A stretch of 47,227 nt of DNA from Actinomycetota bacterium. GTDB taxonomy: Bacteria > Actinomycetota > Actinomycetes > Actinomycetales > Microbacteriaceae. Shown in pieces: positions 30,825-40,039 of the stretch. The stretch is from positions 1 through 47,227 of the forward strand of contig JBEGTE010000001.1 in NCBI GenBank assembly GCA_041179605.1, read 5' to 3'. Position 1 is the first letter of the stretch; every line of letters starts with the position of its first letter. The notes under the pieces are model-generated. The model saw only the letters and a list, made by a program, of their open reading frames with translations. It was not told the origin of the DNA and did not search any database. Position numbers and translations under genes: made by a program.

Positions 30825-32579
30825 CTAGCCCTTCCCATCTCTGCCCAAGTCCATCTCGGGGAAGTCACCGGTCGATGGTGCAACCCGGTTGTACTTGAGC
30901 ACCTGCCCCATCAGAGTAGCGAACGCCGGTCCGGCATAGTACGAAGACCTCGATGTTTTGGGCAACCCGATTGTCACAATGACAACGTATTGCGGGTTCT
31001 CCGCTGGCGCGATGCCGGCCACCGAAATGATTCGGTCAGAGGTGTACTTGCCGTTTCGCGCTACCTCTGCGGTACCCGTCTTGATAGCGACTCGGTACCC
31101 GGGCACTTTCACGACTTTGGCGGCGGAACCGTATCGAGCCACGTTTTCCATCATCTGGATTGTTGTCAGGGACGTCTCGGCCGAAACGACCTGTTTTGTC
31201 TCGGTCTTCGCCAAATGAGTCACCGTGCCGTCGGGCTTCGTGCACCCCTTTACGAGCGTGAGGGGAACTTGCGTCCCTCCGTTCGCCAACGTTTGGTAGG
31301 CCTGTGCCATCTGAGCGCTCGTGACCGTCATGCCCTGACCAAAGAGTTCGGTGTATTGAGTGACATCATCAACCTGGTCGGGTGGCGTGATTCGGCCAGA
31401 GTCTTCGCCAAGGAATCCGACAGCGGTGGCCGATCCGAGTCCCCACGACGTCAACATGTCGTATCGCTGCTTCTTGGTCAACGCGAGAGAGAGCGTATCG
31501 ATTCCGGTGTTGGACGATTTGACGAGAACTCCGGTCGTCGTCAGCGACAGGTCGCCGTGAGAGAACGAGTCTTTGATGTACCCGCCACCGGGAATCTTGA
31601 ACCTTCCCGGAGCCGTAATCGTGGTGTTTGGCGTGACGACACCGTTGTCCAACATCGACGCGACCACCAGCGGCTTGATGATCGAACCTGGTTCGTACGG
31701 GGACGAAAACAGGCGCGCGCCCATGTCATCGACTTTGCTCGCATCGACGTTGTTGGGGTCAACGCTCGGCCAGTCGGCGGCGGCAAGAATCTCGCCGTCC
31801 TTAACGCGAACAACCATCGCGGTCGCCCAACGGGCACCGAGTTTTCCGGCTTGGGCCGCAAGAGTCTGTTGTGCGAACCATTGAATGTCCGAATCAATCG
31901 TTAGTTCGACGCTTCCTCCGTGGACGGCGTCTTTCGTGACGATCGTCGAACCGGGAATTCGAATTCCGTCGGCACCGCGCTCGTAAGTGCTCGTACCGTT
32001 TGTTTCCTTGAGGCAGTCATTGAGGTAATACTCGACGCCCGTGAGCGGACCGTCCGTGCCCATGAAACCAACCAAGTTTCCGGCAACTGAACCGCGCGGG
32101 TAGGTGCGAGACGGGCGTAAGTCGCTGTAGACCCAGGGAATTTTGAGTGCCTGGACCTTGCGAAGAACGTCGATGGTGACGCCCTTCGTCAGATAGGCGA
32201 AGTCTGACGTCGGGTCCTTCGTGATCGCCGTGTGCATCACGCCCTGGTCGGCACCGGTGGCCGTCGCAATTTCGGTCAACGCTTGTGTGACCGTGATTGT
32301 TGCTCCGTCACGCGTGAATTCAGCGACGAACTTGGGTGACGCCGTGATGTCGTAACGTTCGACACTTTCAGCGAGGACGACTCCGCTGGTGTCGGTGATC
32401 GATCCACGGGTCCCGTACAAGGTCTGCGCGATGCTCTGGCGGTCTCGTGCCTCACTTGCCAAGCGCGGACCGTCGATGACTTGAATCCAGAAAAGCCGAA
32501 TGATGAAGATGGCGACGGTTGCGGCAATTCCGATGAGCATGAAGCCGATTCGACGCGAAACGAGTTCAGAACGGTTCAT
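30825..32579 (-). CDS. ftsI: Division transpeptidase (class B PBP, FtsI/PbpB)
   Basis: N-terminal TM, RG.I.D, R.YP.G, and intact SxxK (SIIK), SxN (SSN) and KTG motifs. Confidence 0.95.
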   Translation of the reverse strand: MNRSELVSRRIGFMLIGIAATVAIFIIRLFWIQVIDGPRLASEARDRQSIAQTLYGTRGSITDTSGVVLAESVERYDITASPKFVAEFTRDGATITVTQALTEIATATGADQGVMHTAITKDPTSDFAYLTKGVTIDVLRKVQALKIPWVYSDLRPSRTYPRGSVAGNLVGFMGTDGPLTGVEYYLNDCLKETNGTSTYERGADGIRIPGSTIVTKDAVHGGSVELTIDSDIQWFAQQTLAAQAGKLGARWATAMVVRVKDGEILAAADWPSVDPNNVDASKVDDMGARLFSSPYEPGSIIKPLVVASMLDNGVVTPNTTITAPGRFKIPGGGYIKDSFSHGDLSLTTTGVLVKSSNTGIDTLSLALTKKQRYDMLTSWGLGSATAVGFLGEDSGRITPPDQVDDVTQYTELFGQGMTVTSAQMAQAYQTLANGGTQVPLTLVKGCTKPDGTVTHLAKTETKQVVSAETSLTTIQMMENVARYGSAAKVVKVPGYRVAIKTGTAEVARNGKYTSDRIISVAGIAPAENPQYVVIVTIGLPKTSRSSYYAGPAFATLMGQVLKYNRVAPSTGDFPEMDLGRDGKG

Positions 32580-32603
32580 CCGTTCACCCCTTGTCGAGTC
32601 GGT

Positions 32604-33155
32604 TTAGTGCGTGGAAGGCGCCGGGATACCCGTTGACGGTGTCGTCGACGCGCTTTCCGATTGTGTCGCAACTGCTGCCACTGACTGCGTTGCCACGCCC
32701 TCAAGGCTCGGCGTTTCTCCGTACGCTCCGATGAGGTCATTAGCAATCGGTGCAATCGTCGTTGTCGTGGCTTTTGCCGGCTTGCCGCTTCCCCACACCT
32801 GACCGTCCGACAGCTGGATGTAGGTCGGGCTCGAGTTCGACACCATTCCGAGTTCGGCTGCCATCGCGGCAAGATTCTGGGGCGAGTCAAGCACGTTCAG
32901 CTGCTCTTGCAGGAACTGAGCGTCTCGGGAAAGACCGACGTTCTGCTTGTGCAACGACGCGATCTCGTAGGCGGACGATTCAACGGCGACGTAAATGAAC
33001 ATGCGAACGACAACGATGGCGATCAAAGCGGTCACCAACATCGTGACGGTTGTGACGTTCACACGTGCGCGGGGACGTGCCACTGCACGCAATCCGGGTC
33101 GGGTCGTTGCCTGGGGGCGGGGGTAACCGTAGACGGTCTGAGCTACAGCGCTCAT
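32604..33155 (-). CDS. FtsL-like septum protein
   Basis: TM followed by a leucine-zipper-like coil and SPQNL...A..LGMV. Lies between rsmH and ftsI. Confidence 0.75.
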   Translation of the reverse strand: MSAVAQTVYGYPRPQATTRPGLRAVARPRARVNVTTVTMLVTALIAIVVVRMFIYVAVESSAYEIASLHKQNVGLSRDAQFLQEQLNVLDSPQNLAAMAAELGMVSNSSPTYIQLSDGQVWGSGKPAKATTTTIAPIANDLIGAYGETPSLEGVATQSVAAVATQSESASTTPSTGIPAPSTH

Positions 33156-34102
33156 GCCGCTACCTCCAATCGTTCAATTGCTCGGAACTTGACGGACGCC
33201 GCGCGGGGGTTGGCGGCAATCTCGGACTCACTCGCGGTGCGAGCGCCCGAGAAAACGAGGCGGAAGCCGGCCTTGAGGTCGGCGGGGATCACGGGAAGGT
33301 CGTGAGGGGCCTTGCTCGATGTCGCATCGACGAACGCCGACTTGACGATTCGGTCTTCCAGCGAGTGGTAGGCGAGAACGACCAGGCGGCCGCCAGGGGC
33401 AAGAGCGTCGAGCGCGTTGTCGATGGCGTCGCGGAGGATTTCCAACTCGCCGTTTACCTCGATTCGCAACGCTTGGAAGACACGCTTGGCGGGGTGCCCC
33501 GCGTTCTTCAGCGCGTACGGTGTCGCGACGTTCAGGATGTCGACGAGTTCTGCGCTTCGTTCGATCGACTTGTCCGCGCGAGCGGCGACAATCGCACGTG
33601 CATAGCGCCCGGCGAGCTTCTCTTCGCCGTATTCGCGGAAGATGCGCTCCAGTTCACGCTCGGTGTAATTGCGAATGATGTCGGCGGCGGTCAGTTCGGT
33701 CGTGCGGTCCATGCGCATGTCCAACGGCGCGTCCCACGCGTAGGCGAATCCGCGGTCGGCGTCATCAATCTGCATCGACGAGATTCCCAGATCGAGCAGG
33801 ATTCCGTTTGCGGACTCCGCACCAATGGTCTTCAGAGCGCGGCGGATTTCGTCGTACGTTGCGTGAACCGGCACGAATCGCGCATCAAACTTAGCGAGTC
33901 GAGCCGTCGCGTGCGCGAGCGCGATTTCGTCGCGGTCGATACCGACGACGGTGACAGCCGGGAAGCGTTCAAGGATTGCTTCGGAGTGTCCGCCGAGTCC
34001 GAGTGTTCCGTCCACCGCTACCGCACCCTCGCCCGAAATCGCCGGAGCGAGTGCGTCGAGGCACTCGTCGAGCAGTACGGGGATGTGAGTGGGGTTTTCC
34101 AT
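33152..34102 (-). CDS. rsmH: 16S rRNA m4C1402 methyltransferase
   Basis: HIPVLL, DGTLG.GGH, DLGISSMQ.D, LDMRM, FQALRIEVN and HSLEDR motifs. Start ATG 34102. Confidence 0.97.
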   Translation of the reverse strand: MENPTHIPVLLDECLDALAPAISGEGAVAVDGTLGLGGHSEAILERFPAVTVVGIDRDEIALAHATARLAKFDARFVPVHATYDEIRRALKTIGAESANGILLDLGISSMQIDDADRGFAYAWDAPLDMRMDRTTELTAADIIRNYTERELERIFREYGEEKLAGRYARAIVAARADKSIERSAELVDILNVATPYALKNAGHPAKRVFQALRIEVNGELEILRDAIDNALDALAPGGRLVVLAYHSLEDRIVKSAFVDATSSKAPHDLPVIPADLKAGFRLVFSGARTASESEIAANPRAASVKFRAIERLEVAA

Positions 34103-34117
34103 GTCGTTCCGGTGGAG

Positions 34118-34193
34118 AGTGATGTTCCGATTCCCGTCCGCTACCTGCCGTGGGGGAAGTACTTCAGGGGCGGCAGGGAGTCGCAACATCACT
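34118..34193 (-). ncRNA. mraW RNA motif (cis-element between mraZ and rsmH/mraW)
   Basis: Long hairpin with outer stem AGTGATGTT/AACATCACT and inner stem CCTGCCG/CGGCAGG, and CUUCCCC in the apical region (34159-34153). This matches the described actinobacterial mraW motif in feature and position. Confidence 0.75.
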
Positions 34194-34623
34194 AGAAGAG
34201 GCCCGGGATCACCTCCTCCTCGGTGTCGGAGAATGCTTGTTCCTTGTCGGCGTAGTAGGTCGCCCATGCGTCGGCCGCCCAAATCTCGGCGCGGCTTCCC
34301 GCGCCAATCACAACGAGGTCGCGACCGAGTCCCGCATATTCGCGAAGCTGCGACGGAATGGTGACGCGGCTCTGCTTGTCGGGAACTTCGTCGCTACCGC
34401 CCGACAACAGGAGTCGGACGTAGTCACGAGCGGCTTTGCTGGTCAGCGGCGCGGACTGAACGGTGTCAAGAAGTTCCGCGAAGGTCTGGCGAGGGAACAC
34501 GTAGATGCACCGTTCCTGGCCACGGGTGAGCACCAGTCCCCCGGCGAATTCGTCGCGGAACTTGGCGGGAAGGATGATGCGACCCTTCTCGTCGAGCTTC
34601 GGTTCGTAAGTGCCGAGCAACAT
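34192..34623 (-). CDS. mraZ: Division/cell wall cluster repressor MraZ
   Basis: Two DxxGR-type repeats (DEKGR, DKQSR), 143 aa, heads the dcw cluster. Confidence 0.97.
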   Translation of the reverse strand: MLLGTYEPKLDEKGRIILPAKFRDEFAGGLVLTRGQERCIYVFPRQTFAELLDTVQSAPLTSKAARDYVRLLLSGGSDEVPDKQSRVTIPSQLREYAGLGRDLVVIGAGSRAEIWAADAWATYYADKEQAFSDTEEEVIPGLF

Positions 34624-34661
34624 GGTCGCCTCCTTCCGGTTGTCGTGGCGTTTGCCGTTTC

Positions 34662-34740
34662 CTCCACTTTACTCCACTTTTCTCCATTTTGCTCCACATT
34701 CGACGAAATTTCTCGCAGAAAGCTCCACTTCTTACTCCCA
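34662..34740 (-). promoter_or_regulatory. MraZ-binding direct repeats over the dcw promoter
   Basis: GTGGAG-N4-ATGGAG-N4-GTGGAG-N4-GTGGAG at an exact 10-bp period (34697-34662), an extra GTGGAG at 34728-34723, and an embedded -10 TAAAGT. Confidence 0.85.
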
Positions 34741-34752
34741 AACGGGCGCAAC

Positions 34753-34778
34753 AAAAAACCCGGCCGAAGCCGGGTTTT
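34753..34778 (-). terminator. Intrinsic terminator after the DUF3040 gene
   Basis: AAAACCCGGC-cgaa-GCCGGGTTTT hairpin with T6 on the minus strand, insulating the mraZ promoter. Confidence 0.85.
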
Positions 34779-34796
34779 GCTGGGAATGACAGCCGG

Positions 34797-35147
34797 TTAG
34801 GAGTCGCCGCCCATTCGACGATCCCACCTCGCCTCGAACGTGGAGGGCTTGGAAGGACGCGGAGCCGAGGGCGACGGTCGCGCTGATTCAGATTTTCCAC
34901 GGCGCGTCGTCGAAATCAACACTCCGACCACCATCACGACGAAGCCGACGATGCCCAGTGGCGGAAAGCGATTGATGATTCCGGACAAGAGAATGCCAAT
35001 TCCAGCCACAATCATGAGGACTCCGACGGTGACCATCGTCGCGTCGATTCGGCGGCGAGGAGTGATGTCCATCACGTCACTCGTGCTTGCACGCAGGTGA
35101 CGTTCCATCTCTTCGAGAACTCGACGCTCGTCATCAGATAGTGCCAT
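34797..35147 (-). CDS. DUF3040-family membrane protein
   Basis: M.LS..E.R.L.EMER.L, two TMs and a C-terminal RWDRR. Canonical position upstream of mraZ. SD AGGAGG. Confidence 0.88.
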   Translation of the reverse strand: MALSDDERRVLEEMERHLRASTSDVMDITPRRRIDATMVTVGVLMIVAGIGILLSGIINRFPPLGIVGFVVMVVGVLISTTRRGKSESARPSPSAPRPSKPSTFEARWDRRMGGDS

Positions 35148-35204
35148 CGGACCACCTCCTATCGGATAACTCCAGTGTATGGCTCTCGCCGCTAGTGTGG
35201 AACC

Positions 35205-36314
35205 GTGACGTCACAACCCGCCTTCGTTGAATTAGTGCAGAGCCGCATCGACGAGATCATGCGTGCTGGGCACACGGATGTCAACGCCATCGGTCGCGAT
35301 GCGGAATCACTCACGAATGTCGCTGGCACTCTCGTCAAAGGGGGGAAGCGATTCCGCGCTCGACTGGCCTATTGGGGTTGGCGAGCGGCGATGACGTATG
35401 GAGACCCTCTCGTTGACGCCGATCAGCATCCGCAGGTTGACGTCATGGCGTCACTCGCAGCGGGACTGGAACTGTTCCACGCCGCGGCACTCGTCCACGA
35501 CGACATCATCGACAACAGTGACACGAGGCGAGGAACCCCCGCAGCTCATCGCCAGTTTGAATCCATCCATTCCGACCGCAATTTTGTCGGGGACCCCGAA
35601 CTGTACGGTCGTTCCTCCGCGATTCTTCTCGGCGACCTCCTCCTTGCCTGGGCGGACGACCAATTCTTGACGGTCGGTCTCACTCTTGACCACTCCAACC
35701 GCGACGATTTCCGCGCGGAACTTCGCACCATGCGAACGGATGTGACCGCTGGCCAGTTCCTCGACAACCACGACTCTTCGGCATGGCAGTCAATCGCGGA
35801 CGATGTCGCCGTCGAACGAGCACAACGCGTGGTCATCTACAAGTCGGCGAAATACAGCGTCGAAGCACCGATCGCTCTCGGTGCCATCGTCGGCGGAGCT
35901 GCTCCGGCACTCGTGAGCGCACTTCGCGCGTTTGCGCTGCCACTCGGATTCGCATTCCAGATGCGCGACGATCTCCTCGGTGTTTTCGGGGACAGTGCAG
36001 TGACGGGAAAACCCGCCGGCGACGACTTGCGCGAAGGCAAGCGAACCGTACTTCTTGCACTTGCCCGACGTCACGCTGATCGATCGACCGTCACCGTGCT
36101 CGATGAGCTCGTCGGGGACCCGACGCTCGACGACGACCAGATAGCGATGCTCCGCGCAACGCTCACCAACACCGGCGCGGTCGACGGTGTGGAAGATTTG
36201 ATTGCTCGATCCCGTGAGCGCTCACTTCGTGCCCTCGATGAGTTGGCGTTGGACCCAGCAGTTGACCGCGAACTGCGTGGACTTGTCGAGGCGGTCACCA
36301 ACCGCGCCGAATAA
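35205..36314 (+). CDS. Polyprenyl (geranylgeranyl) diphosphate synthase
   Basis: GGKRFR, HDDIID.SDTRRG, GQFLD, FQMRDD and GDDLREGK motifs. Confidence 0.93.
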   Translation: MTSQPAFVELVQSRIDEIMRAGHTDVNAIGRDAESLTNVAGTLVKGGKRFRARLAYWGWRAAMTYGDPLVDADQHPQVDVMASLAAGLELFHAAALVHDDIIDNSDTRRGTPAAHRQFESIHSDRNFVGDPELYGRSSAILLGDLLLAWADDQFLTVGLTLDHSNRDDFRAELRTMRTDVTAGQFLDNHDSSAWQSIADDVAVERAQRVVIYKSAKYSVEAPIALGAIVGGAAPALVSALRAFALPLGFAFQMRDDLLGVFGDSAVTGKPAGDDLREGKRTVLLALARRHADRSTVTVLDELVGDPTLDDDQIAMLRATLTNTGAVDGVEDLIARSRERSLRALDELALDPAVDRELRGLVEAVTNRAE

Positions 36315-36394
36315 CTCGCGACACGCCCGACCCTCACAACTCCGAGTGTGAGTTCACTTCGCTTTGACAATGGAGTGAACCCCAAGGAGGTGCG

Positions 36395-37315
36395 GTGGCC
36401 GAGTCAGAAGCGGTGGAGTCGACCCCGAACCCAATCTTTGCGGGGCTGAAGCCTGAAATTAGCTCGGAGCGTCGCGCAGCTCGCCAAGCACGAGCGATTG
36501 CGGCAGCCGCGGGCGCGCTTCCCCTCATCGCGGCGGGCGCCGTCACCTGGGTGACCGCCACTCCCGCACCCGCCACTCTCGAACCGCAAGGCCAGTCCCC
36601 CGTTGACGCACCCGAAGTGGACACTGACGCCACCGAGGCACAGTCGTCCAGCGGCGCGATTACTCACACGGTTGAACAGGGCGATTCGTTGCAGTCGATT
36701 GCGGCGAAACACGGGATTCCTACTGCCGCACTGTTGGCCCTGAACGGACTGTCGTGGCAAACGTCTGTGCACGCCGGTCAAGTGCTCGTCGTCAGCAAAC
36801 AACCAGCCCCCGCCGTTGCGGAGGTTGAATCCCCTGCGGTCTTGGCCGAAACTCCCGTCCTCGGTTCTGGTGTGCGTGCGGAACCGACGGATGACGCCGT
36901 CATCACACACCTCACCGCGGAGATGACGGTGAACGCCCGAATCATCATCCAGGTTGGTCGCGAGATGCGAATCCCCAACTATGGAATCGTCATCGCCCTG
37001 GCCACCGCCGCGCAAGAATCGCACCTGCGAAACCTCGATTACGGCGATCGCGATTCGGTGGGGCTGTTCCAGCAACGACCGTCGAGCGGATGGGGAACCG
37101 TGCAACAAATTCGTGACCCGAGATACGCGGCCCGCGCATTCTTCGGCGGCCCGGCATCCCCCACCCCTGGCAATACTCGCGGGCTCCTCGACATCGACGG
37201 TTGGCAAAACTTGCCCGTCACCGAAGCGGCCCAAGCCGTTCAGCGAAGCGCATTCCCGAACGCGTATGCAAAATGGGAAGTCAGTGCCTGGAACTGGCTC
37301 TTCGACCTGACCTAA
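36395..37315 (+). CDS. Secreted LysM protein with a C-terminal lysozyme-like (putative peptidoglycan hydrolase) domain
   Basis: Hydrophobic signal, LysM (HTVEQGDSL.SIA.KHG...L.ALNGL...GQVL), QES...DRDSVGLFQQRP..GWG and AQAVQRSA motifs. SD AAGGAGG. Confidence 0.85.
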   Translation: MAESEAVESTPNPIFAGLKPEISSERRAARQARAIAAAAGALPLIAAGAVTWVTATPAPATLEPQGQSPVDAPEVDTDATEAQSSSGAITHTVEQGDSLQSIAAKHGIPTAALLALNGLSWQTSVHAGQVLVVSKQPAPAVAEVESPAVLAETPVLGSGVRAEPTDDAVITHLTAEMTVNARIIIQVGREMRIPNYGIVIALATAAQESHLRNLDYGDRDSVGLFQQRPSSGWGTVQQIRDPRYAARAFFGGPASPTPGNTRGLLDIDGWQNLPVTEAAQAVQRSAFPNAYAKWEVSAWNWLFDLT

Positions 37316-37362
37316 CAGCGGCACCGACACCCCGCTGAAATCCACCGCGTAAACTATTTCCT

Positions 37363-39426
37363 ATGGCTCAGGAACCCTCAGACCGACTCGTTGGGTCGAC
37401 CATTGACGGTCGATACCAGGTTGAGTCGCGCATTGCGCGTGGAGGAATGGCCAAGGTTTATCTCGCAACCGACCTTCGTTTGGAGCGCAAAGTTGCGGTG
37501 AAGGTCATGCACGATCACCTCGTCGACGATGCCGATTACGCGGCGAAATTCATTCGCGAGGCCCGCCACACCGCCCGACTTGCACACCCCAACATCGTGT
37601 CGGTGTTCGACCAGGGACACGAAGGCGACATCCTCTTCCTCGTCATGGAATATTTGCCTGGCATCACACTGCGCGAACTCCTCAACGACTACGGCAGCCT
37701 GACCGTCGAACAAGCGCTCGACATCACCACTGCGGTGCTTCAGGCACTCGTCGTTGCGCACCGCGAGGGAATCCTGCACCGCGACGTCAAGCCCGAGAAC
37801 GTCATGCTCGTCAACGATGGACGAATCAAGGTTGGTGACTTCGGACTCGCACGACCCGTCACCAGTGCAACGGAAACCGGCAAGTCTTTGCTTGGCACCG
37901 TCGCATACATTGCACCAGAACTCCTCACCCGCGGACAGGCTGACGCCCGCAGCGATCTGTACTCGGTCGGCGTGATGCTCTACGAGATGCTTGCGGGAAA
38001 GCAGCCGTTCACCGGCGACAGCCCGATGCAAATTGCAATGCAGCACGCCAAGAAGCAGATGCCCCTCGCGTCATTGACCAACCCGTTCGTCGGACAAGCG
38101 GTCGATGACGTCATTCAGTGGTCGACTGCGAAGGACCCCAATGACCGCCCGAAGGACGCTCGCGCGTTCCTCGACGCACTTCGCAAAGCCTCCGTTCGTC
38201 GCGTTTCCGATGCGTCTCATGTTGCGACAGACTCGTTGGACGACGAAGACGACGTCATCGAAACGGTCATTCCCGCAGATGACGACGCCACATCGATCAT
38301 CGAAGCTGCCCTGTCCGACAGTGACGACGAGGGCGTGACGACACCGATCACCGCCATCGTCACGGACGACAAGCCGAAGCAGAAGCGCGCCATGCCGACG
38401 ATGCCGCAGATGCCGACGATCAAGATTCCCCGAATGTCTCTGCCCGCCAAGAAAAAGCGCCCAGCAGTCGCACTTGACACCGACGTCGACGCCCCGGCTC
38501 CTCGCCGTCGTCGCACAGGATCCTTGCTTCTTGCTCTCATCGTCGCGGTTGCCGCGGTTGGCGGCGGCGCCAGTTGGTGGTTCCTTTCTGGGCCCGGTTC
38601 GATGGCGCACGTTGTTGATGTCCGTGGAATGAGCGAAGCGGACGCAACCATCGCGTTGACCAACGCTGACCTTGTGGTCATCGGGCCCGCTACGGAAGAG
38701 TTCGATGACGAGATCGCTGAAGGCTCGGTAATTGGAATTGACCCCGACATCACCGGTGACGTCAAAAAGGGAACTGAGGTCCGACTCATCGTTTCCAAAG
38801 GTCCACAACCGGTCGACCTTCCCGCCTACGAAAACATCTCGGCCGATGTGTTCTCATCACAACTCGCTGCACTCAAGATTGCGGTCACCAAAACAGACGA
38901 CCAATTCTCGTCCGCCGTTGCCGAGGGCCTCGTCATCAACGTTCTGTCCACCAACGGCACGGTCATCCCCGCCGGAACAACGCTGTACCACGGCGACTCG
39001 GTTGTGATTGAACGCTCGCTCGGACCCATTCCCGTCGTCGCAGGTAAGACACCCGCCGAGGCGACCACCGATCTTCAGAACGCGGGTCTGACCGTCATCG
39101 TGTCCGAGACTCGAGAATTCTCAGACACCGTTCCGGACGGGAACGTTTCGTCGCTCAGCCTCAAGGCGGGCGTGATTCGCCCTGGTGACACCGTGACACT
39201 CGTCCTGTCGAAGGGGCCCGAACTCATCGCTGTTCCGACGGTGACCGGGATGACCATCAAGAAGGCAAACGACGCACTCGTCGCGGCCGGCTTCGAGGTC
39301 ATCATCATCACCGAGCTCCCACGCGAATTCTGGGACGTCAGCCTCTCGACGGTCAAACGTCAGAGTGTTGCAGGCGGCACCAAAATCGCCAAGGGCTCCA
39401 CCGTCAAGATTTACGGCAAGTTCTAG
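37363..39426 (+). CDS. PASTA-domain Ser/Thr protein kinase (PknL/PknB family; dcw-adjacent position suggests PknL)
   Basis: ARGGMA, VAVK, HRDVKPEN, DFGLAR and APE motifs, a TM helix and about four PASTA repeats. Confidence 0.94.
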   Translation: MAQEPSDRLVGSTIDGRYQVESRIARGGMAKVYLATDLRLERKVAVKVMHDHLVDDADYAAKFIREARHTARLAHPNIVSVFDQGHEGDILFLVMEYLPGITLRELLNDYGSLTVEQALDITTAVLQALVVAHREGILHRDVKPENVMLVNDGRIKVGDFGLARPVTSATETGKSLLGTVAYIAPELLTRGQADARSDLYSVGVMLYEMLAGKQPFTGDSPMQIAMQHAKKQMPLASLTNPFVGQAVDDVIQWSTAKDPNDRPKDARAFLDALRKASVRRVSDASHVATDSLDDEDDVIETVIPADDDATSIIEAALSDSDDEGVTTPITAIVTDDKPKQKRAMPTMPQMPTIKIPRMSLPAKKKRPAVALDTDVDAPAPRRRRTGSLLLALIVAVAAVGGGASWWFLSGPGSMAHVVDVRGMSEADATIALTNADLVVIGPATEEFDDEIAEGSVIGIDPDITGDVKKGTEVRLIVSKGPQPVDLPAYENISADVFSSQLAALKIAVTKTDDQFSSAVAEGLVINVLSTNGTVIPAGTTLYHGDSVVIERSLGPIPVVAGKTPAEATTDLQNAGLTVIVSETREFSDTVPDGNVSSLSLKAGVIRPGDTVTLVLSKGPELIAVPTVTGMTIKKANDALVAAGFEVIIITELPREFWDVSLSTVKRQSVAGGTKIAKGSTVKIYGKF

Positions 39427-40037
39427 CCGAGCGATGTCGTGGCGAGAATCGCCGCGATAGCGAACATCGTCACGGCGATGAGCGAATCCAGTACACGCCA
39501 GAAAATCGGCTTCGTGACAAAGCGCGATAGTCCCCGTGCGCCGTACGCGATTCCGAAGAACCAGACAAAGCTGGCAATGCAGGCGCCGAGCGCAAACCAC
39601 CAACGATCCGCGCCGAACTGGTTGGCGACCGAGCCGAGGAAGATGACGGTGTCGAGATAGACGTGCGGGTTCAACAGCGAGAACGTGACGGTACTGAGCA
39701 CGATTGCCCAACGACTTGTTGCTGAATCACCCTCCAGGCTCATCACTTCATTCGCGAACGCGCGTCGAACCGATTGAATACCGAACCAGACGAGATAGGC
39801 GACGCCGAACCAGCGGACGATGTCGAACAGCATCGGAACGGTTTCGATGAGAGCTCCCAACCCGCCCGTGCCAAGCAGGATGAGCGTTGCGTCAAGCGCG
39901 GCCGAGACGATTGCCACCTCGAACACGAATTTTCGCGTGAGTCCCTGGCGAATGACGAACGCGTTCTGAGCACCGATCGCGATGATGAGCGACAAGCCGG
40001 TGACAACACCGGGAACGATTGCCGTCAATCCGCCCAT
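39423..40037 (-). CDS. LysE/ArgO-family amino acid exporter
   Basis: LIIAIGAQNAFVIRQG and LNPHVYLDTV motifs. ATG 40037 lies 2 nt after the DAHP synthase stop. Confidence 0.92.
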   Translation of the reverse strand: MGGLTAIVPGVVTGLSLIIAIGAQNAFVIRQGLTRKFVFEVAIVSAALDATLILLGTGGLGALIETVPMLFDIVRWFGVAYLVWFGIQSVRRAFANEVMSLEGDSATSRWAIVLSTVTFSLLNPHVYLDTVIFLGSVANQFGADRWWFALGACIASFVWFFGIAYGARGLSRFVTKPIFWRVLDSLIAVTMFAIAAILATTSLG

Positions 40038-40039
40038 GA

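Noticed and set aside
34662-34700. 10-bp periodic repeat as a CRISPR or VNTR
   Set aside because: Units are too short, there are no spacers or cas genes, and it fits MraZ boxes.
35205-36314. Polyprenyl synthase as part of a carotenoid cluster
   Set aside because: No crtB/crtI neighbours, and this is the standard dcw-adjacent position.
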